Assembly (NCBI GenBank): GCA_016872175.1
Contig: VHBA01000002.1
Location: 14,517 to 78,516, forward strand
Direction: 5' to 3'
Source: Sphingomonadales bacterium
GTDB lineage: Bacteria; Bacteroidota; Bacteroidia; NS11-12g; UBA955
DNA length: 64,000 nucleotides
Below the pieces are notes generated by a model that searched no databases, was not told the origin of the DNA, and was given only the letters and a program-made list of their open reading frames with translations. Of this stretch, positions 17,512-27,573 are shown piece after piece. Made by a program: the position numbers and the translations under genes. Each line of letters starts with the position of its first letter. The first letter of the stretch is position 1.

Positions 17512-19359
17512 ATGTGTGGAATTGCCGGAATATTTAGTCTGAAGCCCATCCCTGCAAGGGAAATGGCAAGGATTTGCCTGCAATTTTCGGAAGATTTGTC
17601 GCACCGAGGCCCCGATGGTGAAGGTTTCGTGCTGATAGACACACAATGGAACGCCCATGCATTCGCTGGTAATCACACCTTATCTGCATTGCAGTTGCCA
17701 CACATACAAACTGCCGAGGGCGAATACCTTGGAGCCATTATTCACCGAAGACTCAGCATCATTCAACCCGGACCACAAGGGCATCAGCCGTTTTATGATG
17801 AAAATCATGTATCTGCCTACAACGGGGAAGCTTTTAATTTTAGGGAACTTGATGAGGTGCATGGGCTTGCAAACCAAAGCAGCACAGACACTGAAACGGT
17901 TTTTAATTTGTTAGTAACACAAGGTGCGGAAGCCGTTCAACAGCTTGATGGATTCTTTGCCTTAGGCTTTACAAATCTTGCAAAACGTACACTGCAACTA
18001 CGCCGCGATACAACAGGCGTAAAGCCATTGGTTTGTGCCCACACCGAAACAACGTTTGCCTTTTCATCCGAAACCAAAGCACTGCGCAATTTTCTGAATG
18101 TGGTCAGTATCAATCCACAGATGGTTTTTCATCATCTATGCGAAGGAATTATATTGCCGGATCAGGGCTTCTACAACGAAATAGAAATTGTGCAGGAGGG
18201 GTTGGATGTGAATCTGCAAACCTTGGAAACGACCATTGTTTACTACCCTGAAAACGAAGAAAAACCTGGTACGGATCTGCGTTCGCAGCTGCAGAACAGT
18301 GTGAGCAAACGATTAATGTCGGATGTGCCGCTGGGTTTTGCGGTGAGTGGAGGTCTCGACAGCGCAGCTGTTATTGGCCTTGCCAGAAAAGCGTTGGGTG
18401 AAGATGCTCCACTTTCCTTGTTTTCTATCGTTTCTTCAGATCCGCAATCCGATGAGCGTCAATGGCAGCAACAGGTTGCGAAATATAATCACGCTGACTG
18501 GCATACATTTGCCATCGAAGATGCCGGCTCTCATTTGTTGGAGGAAGTTGCCCGTGCTACCGATTTGCCGCCCATAGCCTGGAACAACTTGGCACATTTT
18601 GAACTTTGCCGTCAGGCAAAATCAAAGGGCGTTACGGTTTTCTTTAATGGACAAGGTGCTGATGAACTGTTTGGCGGTTATCCGGATTATCTGTACCGCG
18701 ATTTTTGGGCATTACAGGGCGCCTTTCTTGGCAAAAATAAATTTCCGGTTTCCTACGGAATGGCTTTAAAAGAAAACCTGAAGCTGCAGGCCAAAACCTT
18801 TATGCCATTCCTGTCAAAGACGGCAGTGAAGAAACATGCATGCGGACTTCTCAACCCGGATTTGTGGCAACAGGACCTGTATTTACCACGCTTATCACAC
18901 CTGGGTGCCGACCATAAAATGCACGCTGATTTTTACGGGCAGAAATTGCGACAAATGCTTACCTGGGAAGATCTGAACGGTATGGCCCACGGACTGGAAA
19001 GCCGCAATCCTTTTGCTGATGACATGCAACTGGCAAAATGGCTGAATATTTCCTTGAAGGATAAAATCAAAAACGGCTATACCAAAGGCATAATGCGCGA
19101 AGCACTGAAAGACGTGATGTCTGAAACCGTTCGCTGGCGGGTAGATAAGAAAGGATTTATGGTTCCGGATTCCGCACTCACCTGGAAAAATCGAAATGAA
19201 TGGGCGGGTTTTGTTATGTCGGATACGCTGGAACCCTGGTCACCAAAGGCAAGCAGAGAATTATTACTTAAAAATCTGAAGGAAGAGGATGAGAATGGTC
19301 TGAAATGGTATTTTCGCCTCGCCGCATTGTCGGTTTTTCTCCAAAAATCCCACGCATGA
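17512..19359 (+). CDS. asnB: Asparagine synthase (glutamine-hydrolyzing)-like amidotransferase
   Basis: Motifs MCGIAG, HRGPDG, HRRLSII, YNGE, RDTTGVKPL, SGGLDS, GQGADELFGGY and ESRNPF. Confidence 0.88.
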   Translation: MCGIAGIFSLKPIPAREMARICLQFSEDLSHRGPDGEGFVLIDTQWNAHAFAGNHTLSALQLPHIQTAEGEYLGAIIHRRLSIIQPGPQGHQPFYDENHVSAYNGEAFNFRELDEVHGLANQSSTDTETVFNLLVTQGAEAVQQLDGFFALGFTNLAKRTLQLRRDTTGVKPLVCAHTETTFAFSSETKALRNFLNVVSINPQMVFHHLCEGIILPDQGFYNEIEIVQEGLDVNLQTLETTIVYYPENEEKPGTDLRSQLQNSVSKRLMSDVPLGFAVSGGLDSAAVIGLARKALGEDAPLSLFSIVSSDPQSDERQWQQQVAKYNHADWHTFAIEDAGSHLLEEVARATDLPPIAWNNLAHFELCRQAKSKGVTVFFNGQGADELFGGYPDYLYRDFWALQGAFLGKNKFPVSYGMALKENLKLQAKTFMPFLSKTAVKKHACGLLNPDLWQQDLYLPRLSHLGADHKMHADFYGQKLRQMLTWEDLNGMAHGLESRNPFADDMQLAKWLNISLKDKIKNGYTKGIMREALKDVMSETVRWRVDKKGFMVPDSALTWKNRNEWAGFVMSDTLEPWSPKASRELLLKNLKEEDENGLKWYFRLAALSVFLQKSHA

Positions 19360-20633
19360 GCAATAGCAGCGCCTTAAGTACTTTTGTCAGTCAGTTGTTG
19401 AGAACAGCGCTGGCAGCGGTATTTGTGATTTTGTGCTCGCGTTGGATGGGGCCGGAGGGCAGGGGAGAGTTGGGTTTGGTGTTATTCTGGGCGGGTTTTT
19501 TGATGATGGGTAATGATTTTGTGGGTGGCAGCAACCTGGCCAATGCTTTGCAGCGTTTTTCGCTATCTGCTCTGTTTCCTTTTAGTGTTGCTTGGTCAAT
19601 CTTTGTGCTAATTACCGGCTTTGTTTTACTCATGATATTTGGCTCCGGTTCCAAAATGGCCTGGATGGTGGGTTTTGTTTCCATGCCGATGGTTTTACTG
19701 AACATCCAGTATAATATTCAACAAGGTTTGGCGATGGTGACGCAACGCAATCGACTGCAATTGATGCTGGAATTTTTGAAGATTTTATTTTTATGTGCCT
19801 TTGTATACAATTGGGATAAAATGGATTTGGGCGTAGGTACTGCCATTGCTTCACTATTTTATTCATATTTGATTGTACTTGCTGTAAGTTCATGGTTATT
19901 GAAAAAGGAGATTGTTGATGCAATTAAATCAGCGCAAAAACCTCCCGGAGTTTTATTTACGGATGGTTTCTGGAGCCAAAACGGCCACCTGGCGCAATTT
20001 CTGGCCTATAGGCTTAGTTTGTATTCACTGACATATATTTTGGGCAACCATACTGCTGCTGGTATTTATGCCAATGCCCTGCTCATTGCCGATGCCATCT
20101 GGATTTTTGCCAATAGTTTTGGTACCATCGCACATGTCAGGATTTTGCGCAGTAAAAATGAAAATTTTAAGGCAGATATTACCCTGCGCTATGCGGTGTT
20201 TGCTGTATTTGGAACAGTAGCAGCCTGTCTGCTGCTTTCAGTATTGCCCTCATCAATTTTTGTCTGGGTTTTTGGAATTGGCTTTGAAACCTTAAAAGAC
20301 ACAACCTTGCTGCTGATTCCGGCTATTCTCGCGGTGGCAGCTTCCAGTTTATTCAGTCATTATTTGCATGCGGTAAACCGCTTTAAGACATTGTTCGTGG
20401 CCAATCTGGCAGGTCTTTTATTGCAGACAGCTATAGCTTTCTGGCTTATTCCAAAATGGGGAATTTACGGGGCCTGCGTTGCCGCTGATACCGGTTTTAT
20501 TCTGACACTGGTAATCGTGTATCTATTTTTCATAAACCAGAATCCCCATGCCCGCCTGAAGGGGCCGCTTCGGTTCAAATTAATCCTGAAAATTGCGGTT
20601 CGAATGCTGAAAAGGCGTTCAGCCCGTTTATAG
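19356..20633 (+). CDS. Polysaccharide flippase (Wzx/MATE-like)
   Basis: About 12 hydrophobic segments, SRWMGPEGRG, and an ATGA overlap with asnB. Confidence 0.8.
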   Translation: MSNSSALSTFVSQLLRTALAAVFVILCSRWMGPEGRGELGLVLFWAGFLMMGNDFVGGSNLANALQRFSLSALFPFSVAWSIFVLITGFVLLMIFGSGSKMAWMVGFVSMPMVLLNIQYNIQQGLAMVTQRNRLQLMLEFLKILFLCAFVYNWDKMDLGVGTAIASLFYSYLIVLAVSSWLLKKEIVDAIKSAQKPPGVLFTDGFWSQNGHLAQFLAYRLSLYSLTYILGNHTAAGIYANALLIADAIWIFANSFGTIAHVRILRSKNENFKADITLRYAVFAVFGTVAACLLLSVLPSSIFVWVFGIGFETLKDTTLLLIPAILAVAASSLFSHYLHAVNRFKTLFVANLAGLLLQTAIAFWLIPKWGIYGACVAADTGFILTLVIVYLFFINQNPHARLKGPLRFKLILKIAVRMLKRRSARL

Positions 20634-21260
20634 CATTTCGTGAATCCAAACGGCCACGTGGCCCTCAAAAACTGCGTATTCCATAATGAAATCCTGTTGG
20701 GTTCCGGGTTTGTGAAATGTTGCAGAGAAGCGTCCGGAATCTCCCGTTTCGAAAGGACCCACGGTCATGTGCTTTTTAAAATCCACTTCCTTTTTGCCAT
20801 ACCATTTATACAAACTTTCTTTGGCTCCCCACATAATAAGCAGGCAAAGGCTGTGGTGGGTTCTGCGGATGTTTGATTTATCATCGGCATTGCAAAATTT
20901 ATCCTCAATCCGCAGGATTTTGGGACCTAGTGTTTCAATATCTATACCTGTTTGGTTGTTTTCATCAACGATGGCCGCTGCATAATTCCCACTGTGGCTA
21001 ATGCTCAGGTGCGGGGTGTTGCCCTCAAAATGGGGTTTTCCGGCATCGTCTTTGGCAAGTTTTCCGCCCGAAGCCAGCGTGCACAGCAGCAAACGGCTGC
21101 TGAGAAAATGAAGTCGTTTGTTTTCGTGAAGTCCCTGTAAAAAAACAATCTCCTCCGCAGTTGGGTTGTACATTTGTAATAACGTTTCTTCATCCTCGGT
21201 AATCTGCCAAAAGGCAATTTTTTTACCGGGTTTGGGCAACATTAAACGATCCAACGGCAT
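20628..21260 (-). CDS. 4'-phosphopantetheinyl transferase family protein
   Basis: Motifs GKPH, SISHS, GIDIE and WGAKESLYK. Confidence 0.9.
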   Translation of the reverse strand: MPLDRLMLPKPGKKIAFWQITEDEETLLQMYNPTAEEIVFLQGLHENKRLHFLSSRLLLCTLASGGKLAKDDAGKPHFEGNTPHLSISHSGNYAAAIVDENNQTGIDIETLGPKILRIEDKFCNADDKSNIRRTHHSLCLLIMWGAKESLYKWYGKKEVDFKKHMTVGPFETGDSGRFSATFHKPGTQQDFIMEYAVFEGHVAVWIHEML

Positions 21261-22152
21261 GGCTGCGAAATTACAGGCAAAGCACCTCAAAACATACACC
21301 GGGCATCAATCGGCTGTATATGCATTGTGTGCCGATGGTTTGGGTGGTTTTTTTTCGGCCTCGGGCGACGGAATGCTTGTGCATTGGCCTGCCGGCAAGG
21401 ATGACGGGCACTTGGTTGCCAAAATTCCTGGCAATGTGTTTTCATTGTCGTATAATTCAGAACAAAAATTATTACTCGCCGGCTCAGGGCAAGGCGATTT
21501 GTTTGTAATTTCTGATGTCTTTGGCCCAAACCCTGGTGTGCGCAGGTTGCTTGCTCATGGCAAAGGGCTATATCGGTTGTTGAATACTCCTGATGGCCTC
21601 TTGAGTGCCGGTGGCGATGGACGCATCCTGCGTTGGAACCATCAATTTGAGATTACGGCCGAAATCAATAATTCCGCCACCGCCACCCGTGCGCTATGCT
21701 TCGATGCAACCGGCAATCTTTGGGCGGGCAGCAGCGATTTCGCTATTCGTTTATACGGTAGGGAATGTAAGCCGTTAAAAACCCTTCAGGGACATACGCA
21801 GAGCGTGTTTGTTATTTGCAAACTGCCCGGAAACCGCATGCTGAGCGGAGGCCGGGACGCCACACTTAGAATTTGGTCTGACGAAGGAGAATCGCAACAA
21901 ACCATTGCCGCGCATTTATTGCACGTTCACGCTTTGCAGGAAAATCCCGAAAAGCCATGGATTGCTTCAGGTAGCATGGACAAAATCATGAAAATTTGGG
22001 ATGCAAACAGTCTTGAACTACTTAAGGTTATCGATAAAGACAAACAACCCTTTCACCGTTCTTCTGTAAATACACTGCTTTGGCTGGATGAATCCCGGAT
22101 CCTCAGTGCCGGAGATGACAGGCGGATTGTTCTGACGGAAATTACAAATTAA
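21259..22152 (+). CDS. WD40-repeat protein
   Basis: Repeated GH...SGGRDATLRIW, SGSMDKIMKIWD and SAGDD units. Confidence 0.88.
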   Translation: MAAKLQAKHLKTYTGHQSAVYALCADGLGGFFSASGDGMLVHWPAGKDDGHLVAKIPGNVFSLSYNSEQKLLLAGSGQGDLFVISDVFGPNPGVRRLLAHGKGLYRLLNTPDGLLSAGGDGRILRWNHQFEITAEINNSATATRALCFDATGNLWAGSSDFAIRLYGRECKPLKTLQGHTQSVFVICKLPGNRMLSGGRDATLRIWSDEGESQQTIAAHLLHVHALQENPEKPWIASGSMDKIMKIWDANSLELLKVIDKDKQPFHRSSVNTLLWLDESRILSAGDDRRIVLTEITN

Positions 22153-22167
22153 ATATACGAAAAAATA

Positions 22168-23004
22168 TCACATTTCCAAACGAATTCCGTTGGGCGTGAT
22201 ATCGATTTTACGGGCCTTGTATAACGTGCCAACCGCTTTCTTCCATGCTTTTTTGCTCATGCCGAAGCGTTCGTAAATATCTTCGGGACTGCTGTTGTCG
22301 GTGAGCCCGATGTAGCCGTCATTTTCGCGCAACGTTTGCAGAATGCGTTGCGCCATATCGTCAACATGTGCCATGCCGCTTTTTTGCAGCGACAGGTCGG
22401 TTTTTCCATCCGGGCGGATATGCTTGATGAACCCTGTTATTTTATCGCCGGTGGTTAAAGGCTGAAAAACTTCGTTTGAATAAATAATTCCGCTGTGTTC
22501 TTTGCCAATAATGGCGTTGAAGCCCAGGGGTGTCTTGTTCCAGATGAGCAAATCAACAGCATCGCCTTCTTCACAGGGCAGCGGGGTGTTGTTGAGATAC
22601 TTGCTGATTTTGGCCGTACCCGCAAGTCTTTCAGAGACTTTATCAAAATACACATACACCACATATTTTCTGCCACGCATCATGGGAACGTTCTGTTCGC
22701 GAATCGGTACCAGCAGGTCTTTTAGCAGTCCCCAGTCCATAAATGCGCCAAAGTGGGTGGTGGATTTGCAGGTTAGCGCCTCAAATTCGCCGAGTTGCAC
22801 AAAGGGTTTTTCGGTGGTAGCCACGATACGGTCATCGGAATCATAATAGACAAAAACATCCACCATATCATCCGGAGCGGCACCGGGTGTCAGGTATTTG
22901 CCGGGCATCAGAATTTCGTCACCATCGCCATCATCCAGAAACGCCCCGAAATCTACCAGGCGGTTTATTTTCAATCGGTTGTATTTACCCGGAATGGCTT
23001 TCAT
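22168..23004 (-). CDS. cvfB: CvfB-family S1 RNA-binding protein
   Basis: Motifs FGAFLDDG, GAFMDWGLLKDLLVP and SKKAWKKAVGTLYK. Confidence 0.9.
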   Translation of the reverse strand: MKAIPGKYNRLKINRLVDFGAFLDDGDGDEILMPGKYLTPGAAPDDMVDVFVYYDSDDRIVATTEKPFVQLGEFEALTCKSTTHFGAFMDWGLLKDLLVPIREQNVPMMRGRKYVVYVYFDKVSERLAGTAKISKYLNNTPLPCEEGDAVDLLIWNKTPLGFNAIIGKEHSGIIYSNEVFQPLTTGDKITGFIKHIRPDGKTDLSLQKSGMAHVDDMAQRILQTLRENDGYIGLTDNSSPEDIYERFGMSKKAWKKAVGTLYKARKIDITPNGIRLEM

Positions 23005-23099
23005 GCCGCAAAGCTACGCAGTAATGCCCGCTTTTGGGTATTTGTCCACAAAACACCCACCCCGATTGACGTTCGGTATTCAATGTATATTTTCGCTTC

Positions 23100-23636
23100 A
23101 TGATTTTGTCCGACAAGCGCATACTCGAGGAAATTAATAAAGAAACCATTAAAATAGAGCCTTACGACAGGAATTGTCTGGGCAGCAACAGCTACGACGT
23201 GCATCTGGGCAAATGGCTGGCAACCTACAAAGACCATATCCTGGATGCCAAAAAGCACAATGAAATCGAATATTTTGAGATTCCTGAGGAAGGATTTGTG
23301 CTATATCCCCACGTTTTTTACCTGGGTGTCACCCTAGAATATACCGAAACGCATGCGCATGTTCCATTTTTGGAGGGCAAAAGCAGCACGGGTCGCTTGG
23401 GAATAGACATCCATGCCACTGCAGGTAAAGGAGATGTTGGTTTCTGCGGCAACTGGACGCTGGAAATCAGCGTTAAGCAGCCGGTAAAAGTGTATCGCGG
23501 CATGCCTATTGGTCAACTTATTTATTTCCCTGTGGATGGCGAAATTGAGGTTAAATACAACCAAAAGAAGAACGCCAAGTATTCCGGTCAGCCCGATAAG
23601 CCCATCGAGAGCATGATGTGGAAGAATCAGTTTTAA
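23100..23636 (+). CDS. dcd: dCTP deaminase
   Basis: Motifs MILSD, NSYDVHLG, GKSSTGRLG, GFCGNWTLE and IGQL. Confidence 0.93.
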   Translation: MILSDKRILEEINKETIKIEPYDRNCLGSNSYDVHLGKWLATYKDHILDAKKHNEIEYFEIPEEGFVLYPHVFYLGVTLEYTETHAHVPFLEGKSSTGRLGIDIHATAGKGDVGFCGNWTLEISVKQPVKVYRGMPIGQLIYFPVDGEIEVKYNQKKNAKYSGQPDKPIESMMWKNQF

Positions 23637-24223
23637 ACCGACTTTCTCAAAGGTTTAGGCTGGTGCATCATTCTAAATTCTTCAATACTTTGCAGCCGAT
23701 CTTCCATCATTTCGGTATTTAACCAGGCCAGCGGATTTCGGTTGAAATATAACCCGTAAGAGCTTGCCTGCCATTCGTCAATAAAGGGTGTAAAGCCATG
23801 CCTGACAGGGTTTTGGTGTATGTAAGCAAATAACCTTAAGAAATAGGATTCGGAACTGATGGACTTTCTCCGCACATTTTTCTGAAAAAGGGAACCACGA
23901 CGGTTATACTTTTTGTTGAAAGCCTTGCTGTAAGCGTTGAAGAAGTTGGAGAACTGCTGGCTGAAGAATCTTTCTTTTATCTTGGTGCCTTCTGCGCCAA
24001 GACCTTCCAGGTTTTTTAAACCTAGAAGGTTTTCGCACCTGCGGGTGCGAAGTAAAAAATGAAAATGATTCGGCATCAGACAAAAAGCATACGTCTCCGC
24101 TACCAGCCCGATATGTTTTCCATATAATGCCAGAAAATAACGGTAGTTCTCGCTTTCAGCAAATAAATTGTCTCGCCCATTGGCATGGTTGTAAATGTGG
24201 TAAACTGTGTTTGGTAAAATCAT
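23633..24223 (-). mobile_element. REP-associated tyrosine transposase (RAYT, HUH Y1 family)
   Basis: Motifs YHIYN, FCLMPNHFHFL (HUH), GSLFQ, YIHQNPVRHG and SSY. Confidence 0.88.
24002..24030. repeat. REP-like palindrome inside the RAYT coding sequence
   Basis: ACCTTCCAGGTTT-TTT-AAACCTAGAAGGT forms a 13-bp stem with one wobble on the minus strand and encodes ENLLGLKNLEG. Confidence 0.7.
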
Positions 24224-24327
24224 AAACGTAAAAATTAAAAAATGATATAAATAGTAGATAAAATGCAAACATAATACTTTTTTGTCACTTTCACCACCTT
24301 TCCCCTTTGCCTATCTTTGCACCTTCC

Positions 24328-25869
24328 ATGAACAACGAGGATCTGTTTAAAAAAGTCGTTTCCCACTGCAAAGAATACGGGTTCGTTTTTCCTTCCAGCG
24401 AAATCTATGATGGCCTTGCCGCTGTTTATGATTATGGACAAAACGGAGTAGAGCTGCGCAACAACATCCGCCAGTATTGGTGGAAAGCCATGACCCAGCT
24501 GCAAACCAATATTCTCGGTATAGACGCGGCTATTTTTATGCATCCCAAAACATGGAAAGCAAGTGGCCATATTGATGGTTTCAGCGATCCCATGATCGAC
24601 AACAAAGACAGCAAGAAGCGTTACCGCGCCGATGTGTTGCTGGAAGAACACCAGGAGAAGCTCCGTGCCAAAGCCGATAAAGAAGTGGAAAAAGCACGTG
24701 CCCGCTTTGGTGATAGCTTTGACGAGGCCATGTACCGGTCCACCAACCCTCGGGTGGTAGAATACCTCAATGCCATTGCACATATAGACAATACCCTGAA
24801 AGAAGGCCTGGAAACCGGCAACCTGGGCATGATAAAAGCGCTCATAGAAGAACTCGGTATTGTGTGTCCGGTGAGTGGTTCTAAAAACTGGACCGATGTA
24901 CGGCAGTTCAACCTCATGTACAGCACCCAGATGAGTGCGGTGGAAAGCGGTGAAGATAGCCTATACCTGCGCCCGGAAACAGCGCAGGGGATTTTTGTAA
25001 ATTTTCTGAATGTTCAAAAATCAGGTCGTGCTAAAATTCCATTTGGTATAGCCCAGACCGGTAAGGCATTTCGAAATGAAATTGTGGCCCGGCAGTTCAT
25101 CATGCGCATGAAAGAGTTTGAGCAAATGGAAATGCAGTTTTTCTGCAAGCCCGGCACCGAACTGGAATGGTATGCCTATTGGAAGGAGCAGCGCCTGAAA
25201 TGGCACCTGGCATTGGGTACCGATAAAAATAGTTACCGCTACCATGACCATGTGAAACTGGCCCATTACGCCAATGCCGCTGTAGATATTGAATTTGACT
25301 TTCCTTTTGGTTTCAAAGAAGTGGAGGGAATTCACAGCCGCACCGATTTTGATTTGAGCAAGCACGAGGAATTCAGTGGTAAAAAACTCCGCTATTTTGA
25401 TCCCGAAACCAACGAAAGTTACATTCCTTATGTAGTGGAAACCAGCATTGGCTTGGATCGTATGTTCTTGCTCTCATTGTGCGCGGCTTACCAGGAAGAA
25501 ACCGTGGAAGGCGGCGAACTACGCACGGTGCTGAAACTGCATCCTGCCCTGGCGCCCGTAAAAGCGGCAATTCTACCACTGGTAAAGAAAGACGGCCTGC
25601 CTGAATTGGCCGAAAAGATATACAACGACCTGCGTTTCGATTTTAAACTGTATATCGAAGACAAAGACAGCATTGGAAAGCGCTACCGCCGCATGGACGC
25701 CATTGGAACGCCTTTCTGCATTACAGTGGACCATGACAGTATTACCAACGACGATGTCACCATCCGCCACCGCGACACCATGGAACAGCGCCGAGTGAAG
25801 GTATCAGAACTCCGCGATATACTGGCCAAAGAAACCGGCATGTCTGCCTTACTGCAAAAATTAGTCTGA
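24328..25869 (+). CDS. glyQS: Glycine--tRNA ligase (alpha2 type)
   Basis: Motifs YDYGQNG, YLRPETAQG, FRNEI, EFEQME and ETSIGLDR, with a C-terminal anticodon-binding domain. Confidence 0.96.
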   Translation: MNNEDLFKKVVSHCKEYGFVFPSSEIYDGLAAVYDYGQNGVELRNNIRQYWWKAMTQLQTNILGIDAAIFMHPKTWKASGHIDGFSDPMIDNKDSKKRYRADVLLEEHQEKLRAKADKEVEKARARFGDSFDEAMYRSTNPRVVEYLNAIAHIDNTLKEGLETGNLGMIKALIEELGIVCPVSGSKNWTDVRQFNLMYSTQMSAVESGEDSLYLRPETAQGIFVNFLNVQKSGRAKIPFGIAQTGKAFRNEIVARQFIMRMKEFEQMEMQFFCKPGTELEWYAYWKEQRLKWHLALGTDKNSYRYHDHVKLAHYANAAVDIEFDFPFGFKEVEGIHSRTDFDLSKHEEFSGKKLRYFDPETNESYIPYVVETSIGLDRMFLLSLCAAYQEETVEGGELRTVLKLHPALAPVKAAILPLVKKDGLPELAEKIYNDLRFDFKLYIEDKDSIGKRYRRMDAIGTPFCITVDHDSITNDDVTIRHRDTMEQRRVKVSELRDILAKETGMSALLQKLV

Positions 25870-25878
25870 ATTTAAATA

Positions 25879-27069
25879 ATGATAACCATTGATCAGTTCA
25901 ATTTCAAGGGCGAGAAAGTTCTCATCCGCGTAGATTTCAATGTGCCGCTGAACGCCGAGTTTCAAATCACCGATGATTCGCGCATCACAGCAACCCTGCC
26001 TACCCTCAATAAAATTCTGGGTGATGGTGGTTCTGTTATCCTGATGAGCCATTTGGGCCGTCCCAAAAACGGTCCTGAAGACAAATTCAGTCTGCGTCAT
26101 ATCCTGTCGCATTTATCAGGTCTTTTGGGCCGCGACGTTAGTTTCGCGCAGGATTGCATCGGAGGAGATGCCGCAGCTATGGCTGCCGGACTGGGAGCGG
26201 GAGAGGTGCTGCTACTGGAAAACCTGCGTTTCTACAAAGAAGAAGAAAAAGGAGACCGTGATTTTGCCAATAAACTGGCTTCAATGGGGACATTCTACGT
26301 GAATGATGCCTTCGGAACCGCGCACCGTGCGCATGCCAGCACCGCTATCATTGCAGATTTCTTTCTGGGTAAAAAGGCCTTTGGTTATGTAATGGCCCGC
26401 GAAGTTGAAAATGCCGATAAGGTGATGAAGGCGCCGCAACGTCCTTTCACCGCCATCGTAGGCGGTGCCAAGGTTTCCGATAAAATTTTGATCGTGGAAA
26501 ATCTGCTCAATGTGGCCGATCATATTATCATTGGCGGCGGCATGGCCTATACCTTCTTCAAGGCACAAGGCGGCCAGATAGGTAAATCACTGTGCGAAGA
26601 CGAACGCCTGCAAACTTGTATAGAGATTTTGGATAAGGCCAAAGCCAAAGGCGTGAGCATTCATCTGCCTTCAGATTCTGTTATCGCTGACAATTTTGCT
26701 GCTGATGCCAATACTAAAAACTGCAGTAGCAATAATATTCCCGTTGGCTGGATGGGCCTGGATATTGGGACTGTGGCATGTAACGACTTTAAAAACGTAT
26801 TGTTAAACAGCAAAACCATTCTCTGGAACGGCCCCATGGGTGTATTTGAAATGGATGCCTTCAGCACCGGAACCCGCACCGTAGCCGAAGCCGTGGCCGA
26901 AAGTACCCAAAATGGAGCCTTTAGTCTAATTGGTGGTGGTGATAGCGCCGCTGCCGTGCACAAGTTTGGTTTCGAAGAAAAGGTAAGCTATGTAAGCACC
27001 GGTGGTGGTGCTCTGTTGGAGTATTTCGAAGGAAAAACCCTGCCGGGTATAGCCGCGGTGGTGGATTAA
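25879..27069 (+). CDS. pgk: Phosphoglycerate kinase
   Basis: Motifs [29 protein letters not shown] and STGGGA. Confidence 0.97.
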   Translation: MITIDQFNFKGEKVLIRVDFNVPLNAEFQITDDSRITATLPTLNKILGDGGSVILMSHLGRPKNGPEDKFSLRHILSHLSGLLGRDVSFAQDCIGGDAAAMAAGLGAGEVLLLENLRFYKEEEKGDRDFANKLASMGTFYVNDAFGTAHRAHASTAIIADFFLGKKAFGYVMAREVENADKVMKAPQRPFTAIVGGAKVSDKILIVENLLNVADHIIIGGGMAYTFFKAQGGQIGKSLCEDERLQTCIEILDKAKAKGVSIHLPSDSVIADNFAADANTKNCSSNNIPVGWMGLDIGTVACNDFKNVLLNSKTILWNGPMGVFEMDAFSTGTRTVAEAVAESTQNGAFSLIGGGDSAAAVHKFGFEEKVSYVSTGGGALLEYFEGKTLPGIAAVVD

Positions 27070-27073
27070 AACA

Positions 27074-27541
27074 TTATAGGCTCCGCTTTTCTTCCTCGCT
27101 CAAAAGATTGCATTGCTTTAGAAATGCCTTCATCACATCCCAAATCGGATGCTTTTTAACTAAATGAGACATGATCCAAACCTTATCTTCCCTGGTATGG
27201 GCGGTTATTGCCAAAATAGCCGGAGCCCGGCTTTCAAAGCTGAAACGCAAAAAACGCACCTCCAGGTTCTGAGGCGCTGCAGCCACAGCTTTGTTTAGCA
27301 GGCCAGCCGCTTCTTTGCCCAACGCAAAACGGGTTGCAGGATTCCACCCATGTTTGGCTTGCAGGGCCTTGCCGGTTCCGTAGTAGGCCATTAATACTCC
27401 GTCATTGCCATAATTGGCCGTGATTTTTACCAGCTCATCTGCCTTGGCAGATTGTTCTACAGCAAGTCTGTAAACAGTGCGCACGGTATTGATTTCGGTG
27501 TAGCCGGAAAACAGAAAAGCATATATTCTCAACCACAACAT
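27074..27541 (-). CDS. Hypothetical helical (TPR-like) protein
   Basis: 155-aa ORF predicted to be helical, containing NLEVRFLRF. Confidence 0.6.
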   Translation of the reverse strand: MLWLRIYAFLFSGYTEINTVRTVYRLAVEQSAKADELVKITANYGNDGVLMAYYGTGKALQAKHGWNPATRFALGKEAAGLLNKAVAAAPQNLEVRFLRFSFESRAPAILAITAHTREDKVWIMSHLVKKHPIWDVMKAFLKQCNLLSEEEKRSL

Positions 27542-27573
27542 ACTTTAATAACAATAAAAATGGGTGTTCTGTT

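Noticed and set aside
23634-23656. Second REP copy at the RAYT 3' end (AAACCGACTTTCTCAAAGGTTT)
   Set aside because: Only a weak, bulged stem that is not clearly related to the internal palindrome.
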